A DNA stretch of 33,406 bases, from assembly GCF_001194135.2 (NCBI RefSeq), contig NC_068983.1, positions 107,182,644-107,216,049 on the forward strand. Direction: 5' to 3'. Origin of the DNA: Octopus bimaculoides (taxonomy: Eukaryota). A program made the position numbers and the translations under genes. How positions within the stretch are numbered: position 1 is the first letter of the stretch; the number at the start of each line of letters is the position of its first letter. The notes under the pieces were generated by a model. It was not told the DNA's origin and did not search any database. It was given only the letters and a program-made list of their open reading frames with translations. Below, one piece after another: positions 11,708 through 22,013 of this stretch.

Positions 11708-11749
11708 TTTTGATTCAGAATGCATTTCTTGTTCCCTTTTGAATCACAA

Positions 11750-11787
11750 CTGTCTGATGAACAGGAACGTGAAACTCTGAGTAGCAG
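11750..11787 (+). ncRNA. Minimal type I hammerhead-like motif (right arm)
   Basis: CTGT-CTGATGA-ACA-GGAA-CGT-GAAAC-TC-T-GA-GTA-GCAG. Canonical CUGAUGA, GAAA and a GUA triplet. Predicted cut after 11783. Confidence 0.7.
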
Positions 11788-12033
11788 ATTTTTTGTGATG
11801 CTTTTGCAGCTCTAATGATAAAGCATATTACTCTACCTCCAGTATTTGAGAACTGTTTTTCCCACCTTGTTTCACATANNNNNNNNNNNNNNNNNNNNNN
11901 NNNNNNNNNNNNNNNNNNNNNNNNNNNNNNNNNNNNNNNNNNNNNNNNNNNNNNNNNNNNNNNNNNNNNNNNNNNNNNNNNNNNNNNNNNNNNNNNNNNN
12001 NNNNNNNNNNNNNNNNNNNNNNNNNTATATATT

Positions 12034-12152
12034 ATGGCCTTATGGTTAGGATGTTGTACTTACAATTGTGAGATTATGGTTTCAATTTCTAGACGAGGTG
12101 GTGCATTGTGTTCTTGAGTAAAACACTTCATCTCATATTACTCTGCTATCAC
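12034..12152 (+). mobile_element. SINE family C 5' fragment
   Basis: ATGGCCTTATGGTTAGG..TTGTGAG..TTGTGTTCTTGAGTAAAACACTT matches the reverse complement of 7370-7468. Confidence 0.6.
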
Positions 12153-12194
12153 TTCGACACCTCATGCATTGTACACCATGCACCTGTAAAGTTA

Positions 12195-12606
12195 TACTCC
12201 TCTTCCTCTTCCACCTCTCCCTCATCCTCCCTCTTTCTTTTCTTAAATTCCTCTCTTCCACCTTTCTCCTCTCTCTTCACCTTTTCCTCCTCCTCCTCCT
12301 CTTCTCCCCTCTTCCTCCACCACCCTTCCTTTTCCTCCACCCCTCCTCCTCTTCCTCCACCCTCCTCTTCTTCTTCTTCCACCCCTCCTCTTTCACATCC
12401 CCTTCCTTTCTCTCCTCTTCATCTGCATCCCCCTCCTCTTCCTCTTAACTCTCACTCTAATCTTTCCTGGTCTTTCTTCTTAGTTTCCCTTCTCCTTCCT
12501 TTCTCATCCTCTTCTCTCTCCTCCTCATCCCCTTCGCTTCTGCTACTTCCTTTGTTACTGCTGTAGTCACTGTTTTAGCAACAGCATCTGCATTGCCATC
12601 ATCATT

Positions 12607-12653
<47 letters not shown>

Positions 12654-12655
12654 TA
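12195..12655. repeat. Polypyrimidine (CCT/TCT) low-complexity tract followed by (CAT)n
   Basis: Directly visible. It generates the poly-S/P/E/D pseudo-ORFs. Confidence 0.95.
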
Positions 12656-12854
12656 TTTTGTTTAACATCAGCCTTTTCCATGTTTGCATGTTTTAATCAT
12701 TTTCATTTAATGTTTGTCCTCCATGCTGATATTTTTATAGCCCTGTTTTGTACCCAGGTGCCTTCGCTGGTGCAAACCTTCTTTAGACACCTGTTGTGAA
12801 ATACAAGTATGTGATACCTGTTCCACAACTGGAATACACAGGGAAAATACACAG

Positions 12855-12898
12855 ATTGTTACTTCAAGAAGCATATTAATGCTTCTTGAAGAAACAAT
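12855..12898. other. 44-nt near-perfect hairpin in non-repetitive sequence
   Basis: ATTGTT-A-CTTCAAGAAGCAT-ATTA-ATGCTTCTTGAAG-A-AACAAT: 13 bp + one mismatch + 6 bp. Confidence 0.85.
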
Positions 12899-14411
12899 TA
12901 CTTTATTTGGTTTGAGAATATCATCGTTCCAATGAACAACAACATCTTAGGAATGAATTATTACTGTAAAAAGCAAATTTTGTAGTTGTCAGTTGTTGCA
13001 CAGCTCCAGATCAGCTCAAAACACCTGTGGAAGCATTTATATTTGCAAACATATTCAACCTGCCAAGGAAAAATTGTTACTTGCTAAAATGAAACAATAA
13101 TAAAAATGGCAACAGCAACAACAACAATAAAATTAACAGCAGCAACATGCACGTACATATTTATATTTTATATCCTTTTCCTAAGCCTGAATGTTAACTT
13201 TAATCAGTGAGTCTATTTGCTCCATCAGTTTTATGGGTGTTTTTTTTTTACTCTGTTGTAATGAGTCTATCTACTTCACTATCTTACACTTCCTGCTTTC
13301 ATCTAAAAACTGATCTTGTGTAGAAAGATTTAATAATTCTCATATATGATTATGATAAAGACATCAAAAATCAAAACTGCTGCTTCATGTGATTCTAATT
13401 GGATATTGTATCAGAAAGCCAAACTAATAATGTTCCAGAAGACCATTCCAGTTTTGTAATATTACAATTAAGAGAGTGTTTTTAATTTTTTTTATTGAAG
13501 TACTTAATGTTAACTTTATGCAAAGAAACTATATAGGCTTTCATTGTCACTGATATCTTAAACAAAAGAATTTGTCAGTTTATCATGATATAACCAAGAT
13601 TATATCACTTGACATTCATATTTACTGTAGCTATGTAGGTAACATTAAAAAAACACAAAAAAAAACAAAAAAACAAAAAGCCCCTCAAAATTAAAAGTTG
13701 TTCTTACAGATTCTAGATATGTAATTATCAATGTAGTAATCATTTAAGACTTTAAAAACAATAACTGCATAAAACAAAATAAAAACTAAATGAAATATAC
13801 TAATATGTAAAAAATAAAATACAATTTTCTATTAATTAAACCATTTTCTATACATACAACATTTGATGATCCAAGACATCATGTTTTGAAGAAAGCATGA
13901 TCAAAAAATGTCTTTTTTTATAATTAAATTTTCAGAGCACGTTTTTTTATTTGTCTATTTTATCATTATATTTTCAGTTACATGGCTCAAAGCCATCCTT
14001 ACTTCAGAAGCTTATGGAATGTATAGTTCAGATAGCTCTTTGATTAGGCTTCCAGTAAGAAGTCTTATTATTTTATGGATTAAACTTACAATGCTGAAAT
14101 TTCCTGTACACTTTTAACATTACTTTTATTTCAATATGGCTTTAGTCCAGTTATTATAATGCTATTCCAATGTTTTAGATGCGGTTTGTTTATCTTTACA
14201 AAATTAAACTCACTGCCTTTATAGTTTACATGCAAAATTTCCCAAAGCAAGTTTTTTGATATTTTTAATGTATTTTATATTGTAAGCTACAATGAGTTTG
14301 TTCTAGAATTAATTGTAATTTAGTCAACTGGAGCTTAGCTGATGTTATGTATATATAGAATGAGTCAGTGCATGTGTCGGTCTCTCTCTCTATATCTATA
14401 TTTATTTGTGT

Positions 14412-14480
<69 letters not shown>

Positions 14481-14651
14481 NNNNNNNNNNNNNNNNNNNN
14501 NNNNNNNNNNNNNNNNNNNNNNNNNNNNNNNNNNNNNNNNNNNNNNNNNNNNNNNNNNNNNNNNNNNNNNNNNNNNNNNNNNNNNNNNNNNNNNNNNNNN
14601 NNNNNNNNNNNNNNNNNNNNNNNNNNNNNNNNNNNNNNNNNNNNNNNNNNN

Positions 14652-14979
14652 AAAGACCAAGGCTGTGTATAATATAGAACATTTATAAATAGAATGTCTT
14701 ACAGCTGTTTCCAGGATATTTATTATATCCCTTCATCGGAGACGGTGTGAGAGGATGATTAAGCAATAGTTAGTTTAGTTAAGATGGGAAATAGAGAGTG
14801 AATGAGGGATATTGTTTTTATAAATCCAATGTTTAGGCAGAATGGTATACATATAAGATTCCAATACTTTGTGAGTAAAATCCAATTGTTTTTAAGATTG
14901 GTCGTTGCCTTTGTAAATCCATTATTAAGATTCCAATACCCTATGAGTAAAATCCAATTAACACCACTATAGCTCATAA

Positions 14980-14990
<11 letters not shown>
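14652..14990 (-). mobile_element. Penelope-like terminal-repeat remnant with hammerhead and internal 72-bp-period repeat
   Basis: Contains the motif at 14696-14743 and a direct repeat at 14854-14887 / 14926-14959. Abuts (TA)n at 14991; the other end is in the N gap. Confidence 0.5.
14696..14743 (-). ncRNA. Minimal type I hammerhead-like motif with palindromic stem III
   Basis: GTCT-CCGATGA-A-GGGATAT-AATAA-ATATCCT-G-GAAAC-AGCT-GTA-AGAC. Perfect 4-bp stem I, 7-bp stem II, self-complementary ACAGCTGT. The core carries U4C. Confidence 0.75.
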
Positions 14991-15019
<29 letters not shown>

Positions 15020-15042
15020 TGAGGGGATCGCTTATTCAAAGA

Positions 15043-15089
15043 GCCTGAGGAGACAGGGTCTGTTAGGAGCCTATGAAACTTGAAGTAGC
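15043..15089 (+). ncRNA. Degenerate hammerhead-like motif
   Basis: GC-CTGAGGA-G-ACAGG..CCTAT-GAAAC-TT-G-AA-GTA-GC. Stem I is only 2 bp and stem II has one mismatch. Confidence 0.4.
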
Positions 15090-15563
15090 ACAAAATCCAA
15101 TCAAACTGTTTAGAATAATATATTATATATGCCACTGAAAAAAAGACAATATGATTGTCACGAAATGAGAGGTCAGCTATGAACATCTGTTTCTACCTCA
15201 ATGGACATTATCAGTACAGAATTGTCCTACATTGAATCCAACAGCCAAATTACTTAGACATATTAAGTTGAACACATTTATGGCTTAAGGAAATTTGCAT
15301 AAACACATCATGGAATTACTGGGAAGAGCTACTTATGAGGAGAGTGTGCTATTTAAGGGGAGTACATCCTTCAAAGTTTATTTTCCCTTTGTCAAGATAT
15401 TATTATCAAAGAATGAAAAGAGCATGTATATTTCCATATAATTCCTTTTAACTGAAATGATAAAGAGCAAAAAGAAATACATGTATATGCACACACACAC
15501 ATTTACATATACAAGTACACACACATGCACGTTCTGTACCTCTCCAGTCATTCAGATTCTTAC

Positions 15564-15653
15564 CACCCTGGCAAGAAAGGCTCTGTTTGGGGCTTTGAAG
15601 CTGAAAGTAGCATGGAATCCGAACAAAACTATTTTTAATAATACATGTAACTC
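15564..15653 (-). CDS. Candidate internal exon (acceptor ambiguous: 15653 or 15600)
   Basis: Strong donor GTG/gtaaga. The 90-nt form reads VTCIIKNSFVRIPCYFQLQSPKQSLSCQG; the 37-nt form reads FKAPNRAFLARV. Confidence 0.3.
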
Positions 15654-15704
15654 CTAATAAATTTGTTGAGTGCCCTTTCTTGCATTTGTCCACTCACTCA
15701 TATA

Positions 15705-15812
15705 TATTCTTTTCTACTCTTGGCACAAGGCCCAGAATTTTTGGGGAGGGGGTACTTAATTGATTGACCCTGAAAGAATGAAAGGCAAAGTTGACCTCAG
15801 TGGAATTTAACT
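15705..15812 (-). mobile_element. SINE family A fragment, internally deleted
   Basis: GGCACAAGGCC and TGAAAGGCAAAGTTGACCT shared with 444-648. Confidence 0.7.
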
Positions 15813-16081
15813 CACTCATATATTATATACATATATATATAAATGAGTAATCTGCCTATATATCTGTGCACACCTTTCAATGATGTGTATGCCATAAGGT
15901 CTGCAAATATAATGGAGGCCTCAAAAGACATTTTAAGATTCCCAAAGATCAGAACTTAACTGCAGCTCTTGGTGGTTCAAATCGGATATGCAATCTATGT
16001 GGGTGCCACATCAGATGCCATGATAGATCTAAGGTGTAAGTACAAGAGTTGGTCAGACTCTCCATAACGAATAGACAACCA

Positions 16082-16114
<33 letters not shown>

Positions 16115-16116
<2 letters not shown>

Positions 16117-16219
16117 CGCAGGAGTGGCTGTGTGGTAAGTAGCTTGATTACCAACCACATGGTTCTGGTTTCATTCCCACTGTGTGGCATGTTGGACAAG
16201 TGTCTTCTACTATAGCCTC
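16115..16219 (+). mobile_element. SINE family B 5' head
   Basis: GGCGCAGGAGTGGCTGTGTGGTAAGTAGCTTG...CAAGTGTCTTCTACTATAGCCTC, directly after (TA)n. Confidence 0.85.
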
Positions 16220-16607
16220 AACAACATCATCAACATCATGGTCAACATCACTGTTGTCATTATCATCCTCATCATCGTTGATTAGCTGCTGAAACAGAGA
16301 GCCACAACTTCCCCTCTATTGATTGCTATTTTCATAATCGATTGTAATCTTATGGTTAGATCAATAGCCATGGCCATTGGCTGGAATTGAAGTCCCAGGT
16401 GGAAATTTTAATGCAGAAGCAGAGAACTAAAATAAATTCTATAAGGCATCTTGTCCAAAGCTCTGGAAACTTCACCAATCTACCATCTTGAATTGGTGCT
16501 TTCATTATCAACCTGAACGATTTTGTTACTGATAATACATGATGATATGAAATTTCATGATTCACAATTCCAGGCAATCATTAGCAGACCAGTTTATAAA
16601 ATATCCA

Positions 16608-16661
<54 letters not shown>

Positions 16662-16754
16662 TCTGTCATACACACACATAGGTAATATAAGTCATGTGTT
16701 TTTATCTAATTAATTACCTCTATATATGTAAGTATGTATAAAGATATGTATATA

Positions 16755-17444
16755 CGAGGTCTGATCAATAAGTATCAGGACTGTTGCCATAATAACATAG
16801 CTAAAGCATGCAGAGTGATGCCGCTGGGCAACAATTGACTTTGAACTTTGCTGTGATTGACCATGACAGAGAAAGTTGGCTTGGTGATACCTGCTCAGAG
16901 GCCTACACAAAGTTACAGAAAGTGTATGGAGAGGAATGTATGAGCCACACACAAGTGTATGAGTGGTTCAGACATTACCAAGATAGCCTAAAAAATGTTG
17001 ATATTGACAAACATTCTCGGAGACCTGCAACCAGCAGAACTGAGGAAAACAGTGCAGATGTGCATGTGGTTGTGAGGGTAAATCGTTGAATCACCATCCA
17101 AGAGTTATCAGAGAATGTGCAGATTAGTTATGGTTCAGTTCAGTCCATTATCACTGAAGATTTGAGTATGAGATGCGTGTCTGCAAATTTGTGCCAAAGC
17201 TGTTTTCAGTTGACCAAGAAGACACTCAGGTTTCAGTTGCATAAGATCTCCTTGATTGTGTCGAGAATGATGAAAACTTTCTGAAAACTTTGCATAGGCT
17301 TCTGAGCAGGTATCACCAAACTTTTGGCAAAATGTGATGCAGATTCTCTGCTCAACTTTCTCTGTCGTGGCCAATGTGATGATCACACGCTACACACATT
17401 CCTTCCAAGCACTGCTATAAATAGCAGAAGTGAGTTAGAATGTT
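16755..17444 (+). mobile_element. mariner-family transposon remnant with inverted duplication of its 5' coding end
   Basis: TA + CGAGGTCTGATCAATAAG terminus. Translation GDTCSEAYTKLQKVYGEECMSHTQVYEWF..RRPATS..ITIQELSENVQISYGSVQSIITEDL..FVPKL. Minus strand 17375-17288 re-encodes EKVEQRICITFCQKFGDTCSEAYAK. Confidence 0.9.
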
Positions 17445-17640
17445 NNNNNNNNNNNNNNNNNNNNNNNNNNNNNNNNNNNNNNNNNNNNNNNNNNNNNNNN
17501 NNNNNNNNNNNNNNNNNNNNNNNNNNNNNNNNNNNNNNNNNNNNNNNNNNNNNNNNNNNNNNNNNNNNNNNNNNNNNNNNNNNNNNNNNNNNNNNNNNNN
17601 NNNNNNNNNNNNNNNNNNNNNNNNNNNNNNNNNNNNNNNN

Positions 17641-18293
17641 GGTGCAGTGAATAAACTGTCCTCTATATTACGCAAAAATGAAAATAACACTGACAATTCA
17701 TTTTAGCAGATATATCTATCATGATTACATAAAAATAACTTGAAATACTAAAGAGTAAATTTATTCAATAAAATCGCCATTTACTTCAATCAGAGCCTCT
17801 ATATGACTTTGGAATCTCCTGCAACTCTTCTGGACAGTCTCCTTGTTTAAGTTGGTGAAAGCTGCCATAATCTTTGTCTTCAGTTCATCTTTGGTGTTAA
17901 AAGAAGTTNNNNNNNNNNGTCTTCAGTTCATCTTTGGTGTTAAAAGAAGTTTTGTTGGTATCTCGCTCAACTGCACCCCACACATAATAATCAAGGAGGT
18001 TGCAGTCTGGGGAGTTAGGTGGCCGGATGTTGGGGGTGATGTGGTTGCAGGAATTATTTGACTGCCACGACTGGGGTCTCATGCTTGTGTGGCATGGTGC
18101 AGAGTCCTGTTGCCAGAGATAGGTTCTTCCAGCAGCCACCCTCTAGACTCAGGGCAACACTACCTCCTCCAGGCACTTGATGTAGGCCTCTGTGTTGAGC
18201 CTGAGGCCGTGTGGGACGATAAATGGAAGCATAACGTCACCATCACCAGTGGTCACTCCAAACTCCATGATGTTGACTGAATGTTTGATTTTT
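17641..18293 (-). mobile_element. DD37D (maT-type) Tc1/mariner remnant, 3' half
   Basis: WQQD-SAPCHTS...PPNSPDCNLL-DYYVWGAVE with exactly 37 residues between the second and third catalytic D. Second copy at 27201-28160. Confidence 0.9.
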
Positions 18294-18639
18294 ATCTGCC
18301 CTTCCTGATGCCAACTACTTTACAGAGTGTACTGGGTGCATTTTACATGGCACCATTACCATTAGTATCAGTCCTTTTATGTGACATTTTGGTTTTCCAC
18401 ATATACACGTTTCATCATGGAGTAGTATAATTTGTCATCATCGTCATCATCCACTTTTTCATACTTGAATGTTTTAGACAAAATTTGTAGCTGTAGATTT
18501 CTTATGGCTGGATGCACCTGTTGCCAACTCTGATCTGTTTCCAAGCAAGGTAATATTTTCCATGACCCAGGCATGTTTTCCATGGAAGACTGGAAATGAG
18601 CAGCATAGCTTGTCTGATGGTGATGTTTATGATGTCAAA

Positions 18640-19677
18640 ACAAGGGGAGAGAGAGAGAGAGATACACACACACACATACACAACACACACACAGACATGT
18701 GACTGGCTTCTTTCAGTTTCCATCTAAGAAATCTCTACTTGTCTTAAAGTGCCATCAGCATAACTACAGAGTTGTTTTGGAATGGGGGTGGGGGACAATT
18801 TTCGGAAATTCCGACAGAGTCCAATTAAATTCTTCTTAACTTCCAGGAAAATTAATATTTTTTCGTGAAATTTTCTACAAATATACCTTGATGTATGTAG
18901 ATTTCCAGCATGTAGGAAATTTGAAGGAAACACCTGCAGGTTATTTTTGAGAAGTGTTCCCCACTCGGTGGTGTTTCGGAGCAAGTTGTCCATAATTGTT
19001 TCATTTTTCTCTATTATGTGCATCCGTAGATTTGTAATGAAGTAATACGCTGCTTCTGTTCTCTTCTACTTCTCTACTAGAAACGTTTACTTTGGAATTT
19101 ACTTCTATTGAGAAAAAAAAAATCGTGTGCATGTTATTTTTAACGTAAGTTTTCTTATGACGGCTTCTCTTTTCTGCTTATTACTTCATTAGAAATCTAC
19201 GGATGCACATACGCACATAATAAAGAAAAATAAAACAAATATGGACGACTTGCTCCGAAACACCACCGAGTGGGGAACACTTCTCAAAAATAACCTGCAG
19301 TTGTTTCCTTCAAAATTCCTACATGCTGGAAATTTACATACATCAAGGTATATTTGTAGAAAATTTCACGAAAAAATACTAATTTTCCTGGAAGTTAAGA
19401 AGAATTTAAGTGGACTCTGTCGGAATTTCCGAAAATTGTCCCCCACCCCCATTCCAAAACACTTTCACCGGAAAATTTTATATATCCGGAATCTACATAA
19501 TAAATACTATTTGCATAGAAAATTTCATTAAAAAATATTCATTTTTCTGAAAGTTATGACCTTCCAAAGTCTGGGGGGGGGGGGTATAACTCTGTAGTTA
19601 TGCCGTGCCATTTAGTGAAACTGAACCTCAGAAGCCATGGTTGGGAAACAACCTCCTAACCACTGAGCCATGCTTGC
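18640..19677 (-). mobile_element. SINE family B copy split by the foldback element
   Basis: Left flank CTTCTTTCAGTTTCCATCTA..CTTGTCTTAAAGTGCCAT and right flank TGCCATTTAGTGAAACTGAACC..AACCACTGAGCCATG rejoin colinearly with the reverse complement of 24536-24700. Confidence 0.6.
18756..19605. mobile_element. Non-autonomous foldback DNA element: 18-bp TIRs, about 275-bp internal inverted arms, probable 6-bp TSD
   Basis: Termini C(A/G)GCATAACTACAGAGTT at 18756-18773 and 19588-19605. Arms 18774-19047 / 19179-19460. TGCCAT at 18750-18755 and 19606-19611. Confidence 0.85.
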
Positions 19678-19689
19678 TAGTATTTAATT

Positions 19690-19955
19690 ATAGATACAAA
19701 TTGATTTATACAGCCTAGTTTACAAAGTATTTTTAAAAGAGATGCCCTATTTACAGTATTGAAAGATTTTGAGAAATCAATGAGAACCTGGACGAGATCC
19801 CTGTTTTGCTCATGGCACTTCTTCTGCAAATGACTTGCTGTGCAAATCATATCCATTGTTTCCCTGCCAGAATAGACACTATAGAGAAATTCAGGAAGGA
19901 CATCAATTACAAAGGGATTATTCAGGCGTGTAAGAAACGGAATATTTGCCAACAG
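19690..19955 (-). pseudogene. RTE/BovB-like LINE reverse transcriptase N-terminal fragment
   Basis: LPEF..SGRETMDMICTASHLQKKCHEQNRDLVQVLIDFSKSFNTVNRASLLKILCKLGC matches the RTE QxGFR..DMIF..LQEKCREQ..IDxxKAFDxV block. Confidence 0.9.
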
Positions 19956-19962
19956 TTAACAC

Positions 19963-19993
<31 letters not shown>

Positions 19994-20057
19994 GTCTGTT
20001 TGTATATCTATATATACATGTATGTGTGTGTGTTTGTGTATGCATGCAAACATATGA

Positions 20058-20108
<51 letters not shown>

Positions 20109-20111
20109 TAC

Positions 20112-20158
<47 letters not shown>

Positions 20159-20160
20159 TT

Positions 20161-20308
20161 ATTATTTATACAATATTATAAATTTACTCTCATAACAGCC
20201 AATTTGTGTTGCCGAACAGTTTTGTACTAAAAAAATTCTACCAACATAACTGTTCAGTAACACAAATTGGCTGTCATGAGACTAAATTTATAATTCTGTA
20301 TAAATAAT
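20161..20308. repeat. MITE-like palindrome with 61-bp arms (20161-20221 / 20248-20308)
   Basis: ATTATTTATAC..ATTATAAATTTA..CTCAT..CAGCCAATTTGTGTT..GAACAGTT is mirrored. Directly follows (TA)n. Confidence 0.85.
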
Positions 20309-21289
20309 ACATCCATTTTATTATCTAATATACGAGTGTGTGTGCTCTTTTTTCCTGACCTTTGAGAACTCTGTGGACATCTACTCACACACACACACAC
20401 TTGTATATATCTTCAATAATTGATGATTATTTCATAGCACCTGCACAAGTAAGATCACTATATAGCTTGGAAGACTTAGATCACCCTTGACTGAATGAGA
20501 GCATAGTAGAGAAAGAAGAATTTCATGCTTGGTTTTGAGAGTTTAAAGTCTGAAAGAAGTGGCCAGAACAGCACTATCTAAGAATGGTTGCAAGTAATTA
20601 AGGTAGAGCTGGGGAGAGAGATAAAGATGCTGATGATGGGCAGAGATCAGGAGAGGTGGATTGAAAGTTGCTGCATGAGTGTATAGGGAGAAAGAGAAAT
20701 AGGGTTGGGGTGGGAGTCAATATAATTAATGCTGAACAAGAATGGAGGAAGGTTGGTGATAAGTATGGGTTGGAAAAAATAGATGATGACTGTCAGTAAA
20801 GACAGGGGTGAAAAGCAGCAAAATAGTAATGCTACAGTGGATGGGAGAAAGATGAAAAAAGAAGGAGATGATGTGTGGGTGACTACGTTACAAGAATGTG
20901 TGAGGAAAGAGAGATTTGGTGTGTTGGTAGAGTAAGAAACATGGGTGATAGGGAAGAGTTAACAGGAAGTTGTTCAAGGCAGTGATAGAGATAATTGGTG
21001 GTTCAGAAGGGTGATCAATATAAAATGTGAGTGGAGAGGGACAATGTTATGAATGAAGGATGGATGCCAAGTGAAGTGGGTTAGTGTAGTAGCATGGAAA
21101 ATGATAATGAAATATATAGTTCTGCTCTCATTTAATTACAGCAGTAGAATATTGCAGTAGTTAAGTGAGTGTAGGATGGAGAAATGCGGGGGTAGTTGGG
21201 AGGGTATGATAAGCAAATTGGATAAGGGACTCAGTGTTCTATTTATAAATTATGCTTCCAGAGCTTCAGTTCCTTCGAGGTGGATGGGT

Positions 21290-21840
21290 CTTCGTGAGCA
21301 CTGCATGATGTCAACCATCTCAATCCTTTATCATCTCTGTGAGGCTGAAAGTCCTGTGATCAACCTTCACCATTTCAAGTTATGTCCTTTTGGGTCTCCT
21401 CTCTCCTAAAACTCCATCTACATTAAGTGATTGACACTTTATTATATAGCTGTCATCATCTATATGCATCATACCAGCACAGTCTTCTGTCTTGCACACT
21501 AAATCTGATTCCACTTGTTCCAAATTTTTTTTCTGAAAGTATTTGTACTTTTTCATTCATGTACTCTGATGCTGCACATCCACCGGAACAGGCTAGCTTC
21601 ATATCTTTCTAGTCTTCATTCCTCTGTGTTCAGGGATCACATCTTACTATCATGTAGCAATGCTGTTAATACACAAGCAACATACAATCTACCTTTTTTT
21701 CTCTAATTTCTTGCTACTTTTTTGTTACCAGTAGAAGTAAAAGCCCTATAAAATTTCTTCAGCCTGTTCATGCTCTAGCAAGTATATTTTCAGTATATTT
21801 GCTTCCATCTCTAATTAGATCATCTCACTAACTATCTCTA
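21290..21840 (-). pseudogene. RTE-clade LINE ORF C-terminal fragment
   Basis: LLHDSKM*SLNTEE*RLERYEASLFRWMCSIRVHE followed by RRLCWY..RRPKRT-like motifs. Confidence 0.8.
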
Positions 21841-21890
21841 GGGATCTTTCTATGGATTTGAAATTGTAAGGTATACACCTGGTAGCTTAC

Positions 21891-22013
21891 CAGTAAAGCA
21901 CATTCACTTTCACAGTATTTGTTGGGTATTTGATTAATGACACAGATGAAAGATGCAAGATTTGAGGATGTTTATTAATCACTACAATTATTTTGACCCA
22001 TCTAGTATTGATT
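21891..22013 (-). CDS. Candidate 123-nt internal exon
   Basis: Acceptor catcctacccatccAG and strong donor CTG/gtaagc. Only the phase-2 frame is open: INTRWVKIIVVINKHPQILHLSSVSLIKYPTNTVKVNVLY. Confidence 0.3.

Larger units (their letters stand above)
11629..11827. repeat. Palindromic element with about 88-bp arms, each carrying a hammerhead-like motif
   Basis: Left arm 11629-11717 is the reverse complement of right arm 11740-11827, with scattered mismatches. Confidence 0.9.

Noticed and set aside
12108-12681. Poly-Ser/Pro, poly-Glu and poly-Asp ORFs
   Set aside because: Translations of CCT/TCT and CAT simple repeats.
17875-17950. Tandem duplication CTTCAGTTCATCTTTGGTGTTAAAAGAAGTT around ten Ns
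   Set aside because: Typical unmerged contig overlap; assembly artefact.
18724-19531. Two near-identical about 97-aa ORFs on opposite strands (MDxLLRNTTEWGTLLKNN...)
   Set aside because: They are mirror images produced by the inverted arms of the foldback element. There is no domain signal.
20470-21140. Purine-rich stretch (and pyrimidine-rich 7500-8000) as decayed LINE sequence
   Set aside because: Strand skew is suggestive, but no diagnostic protein motif could be read.
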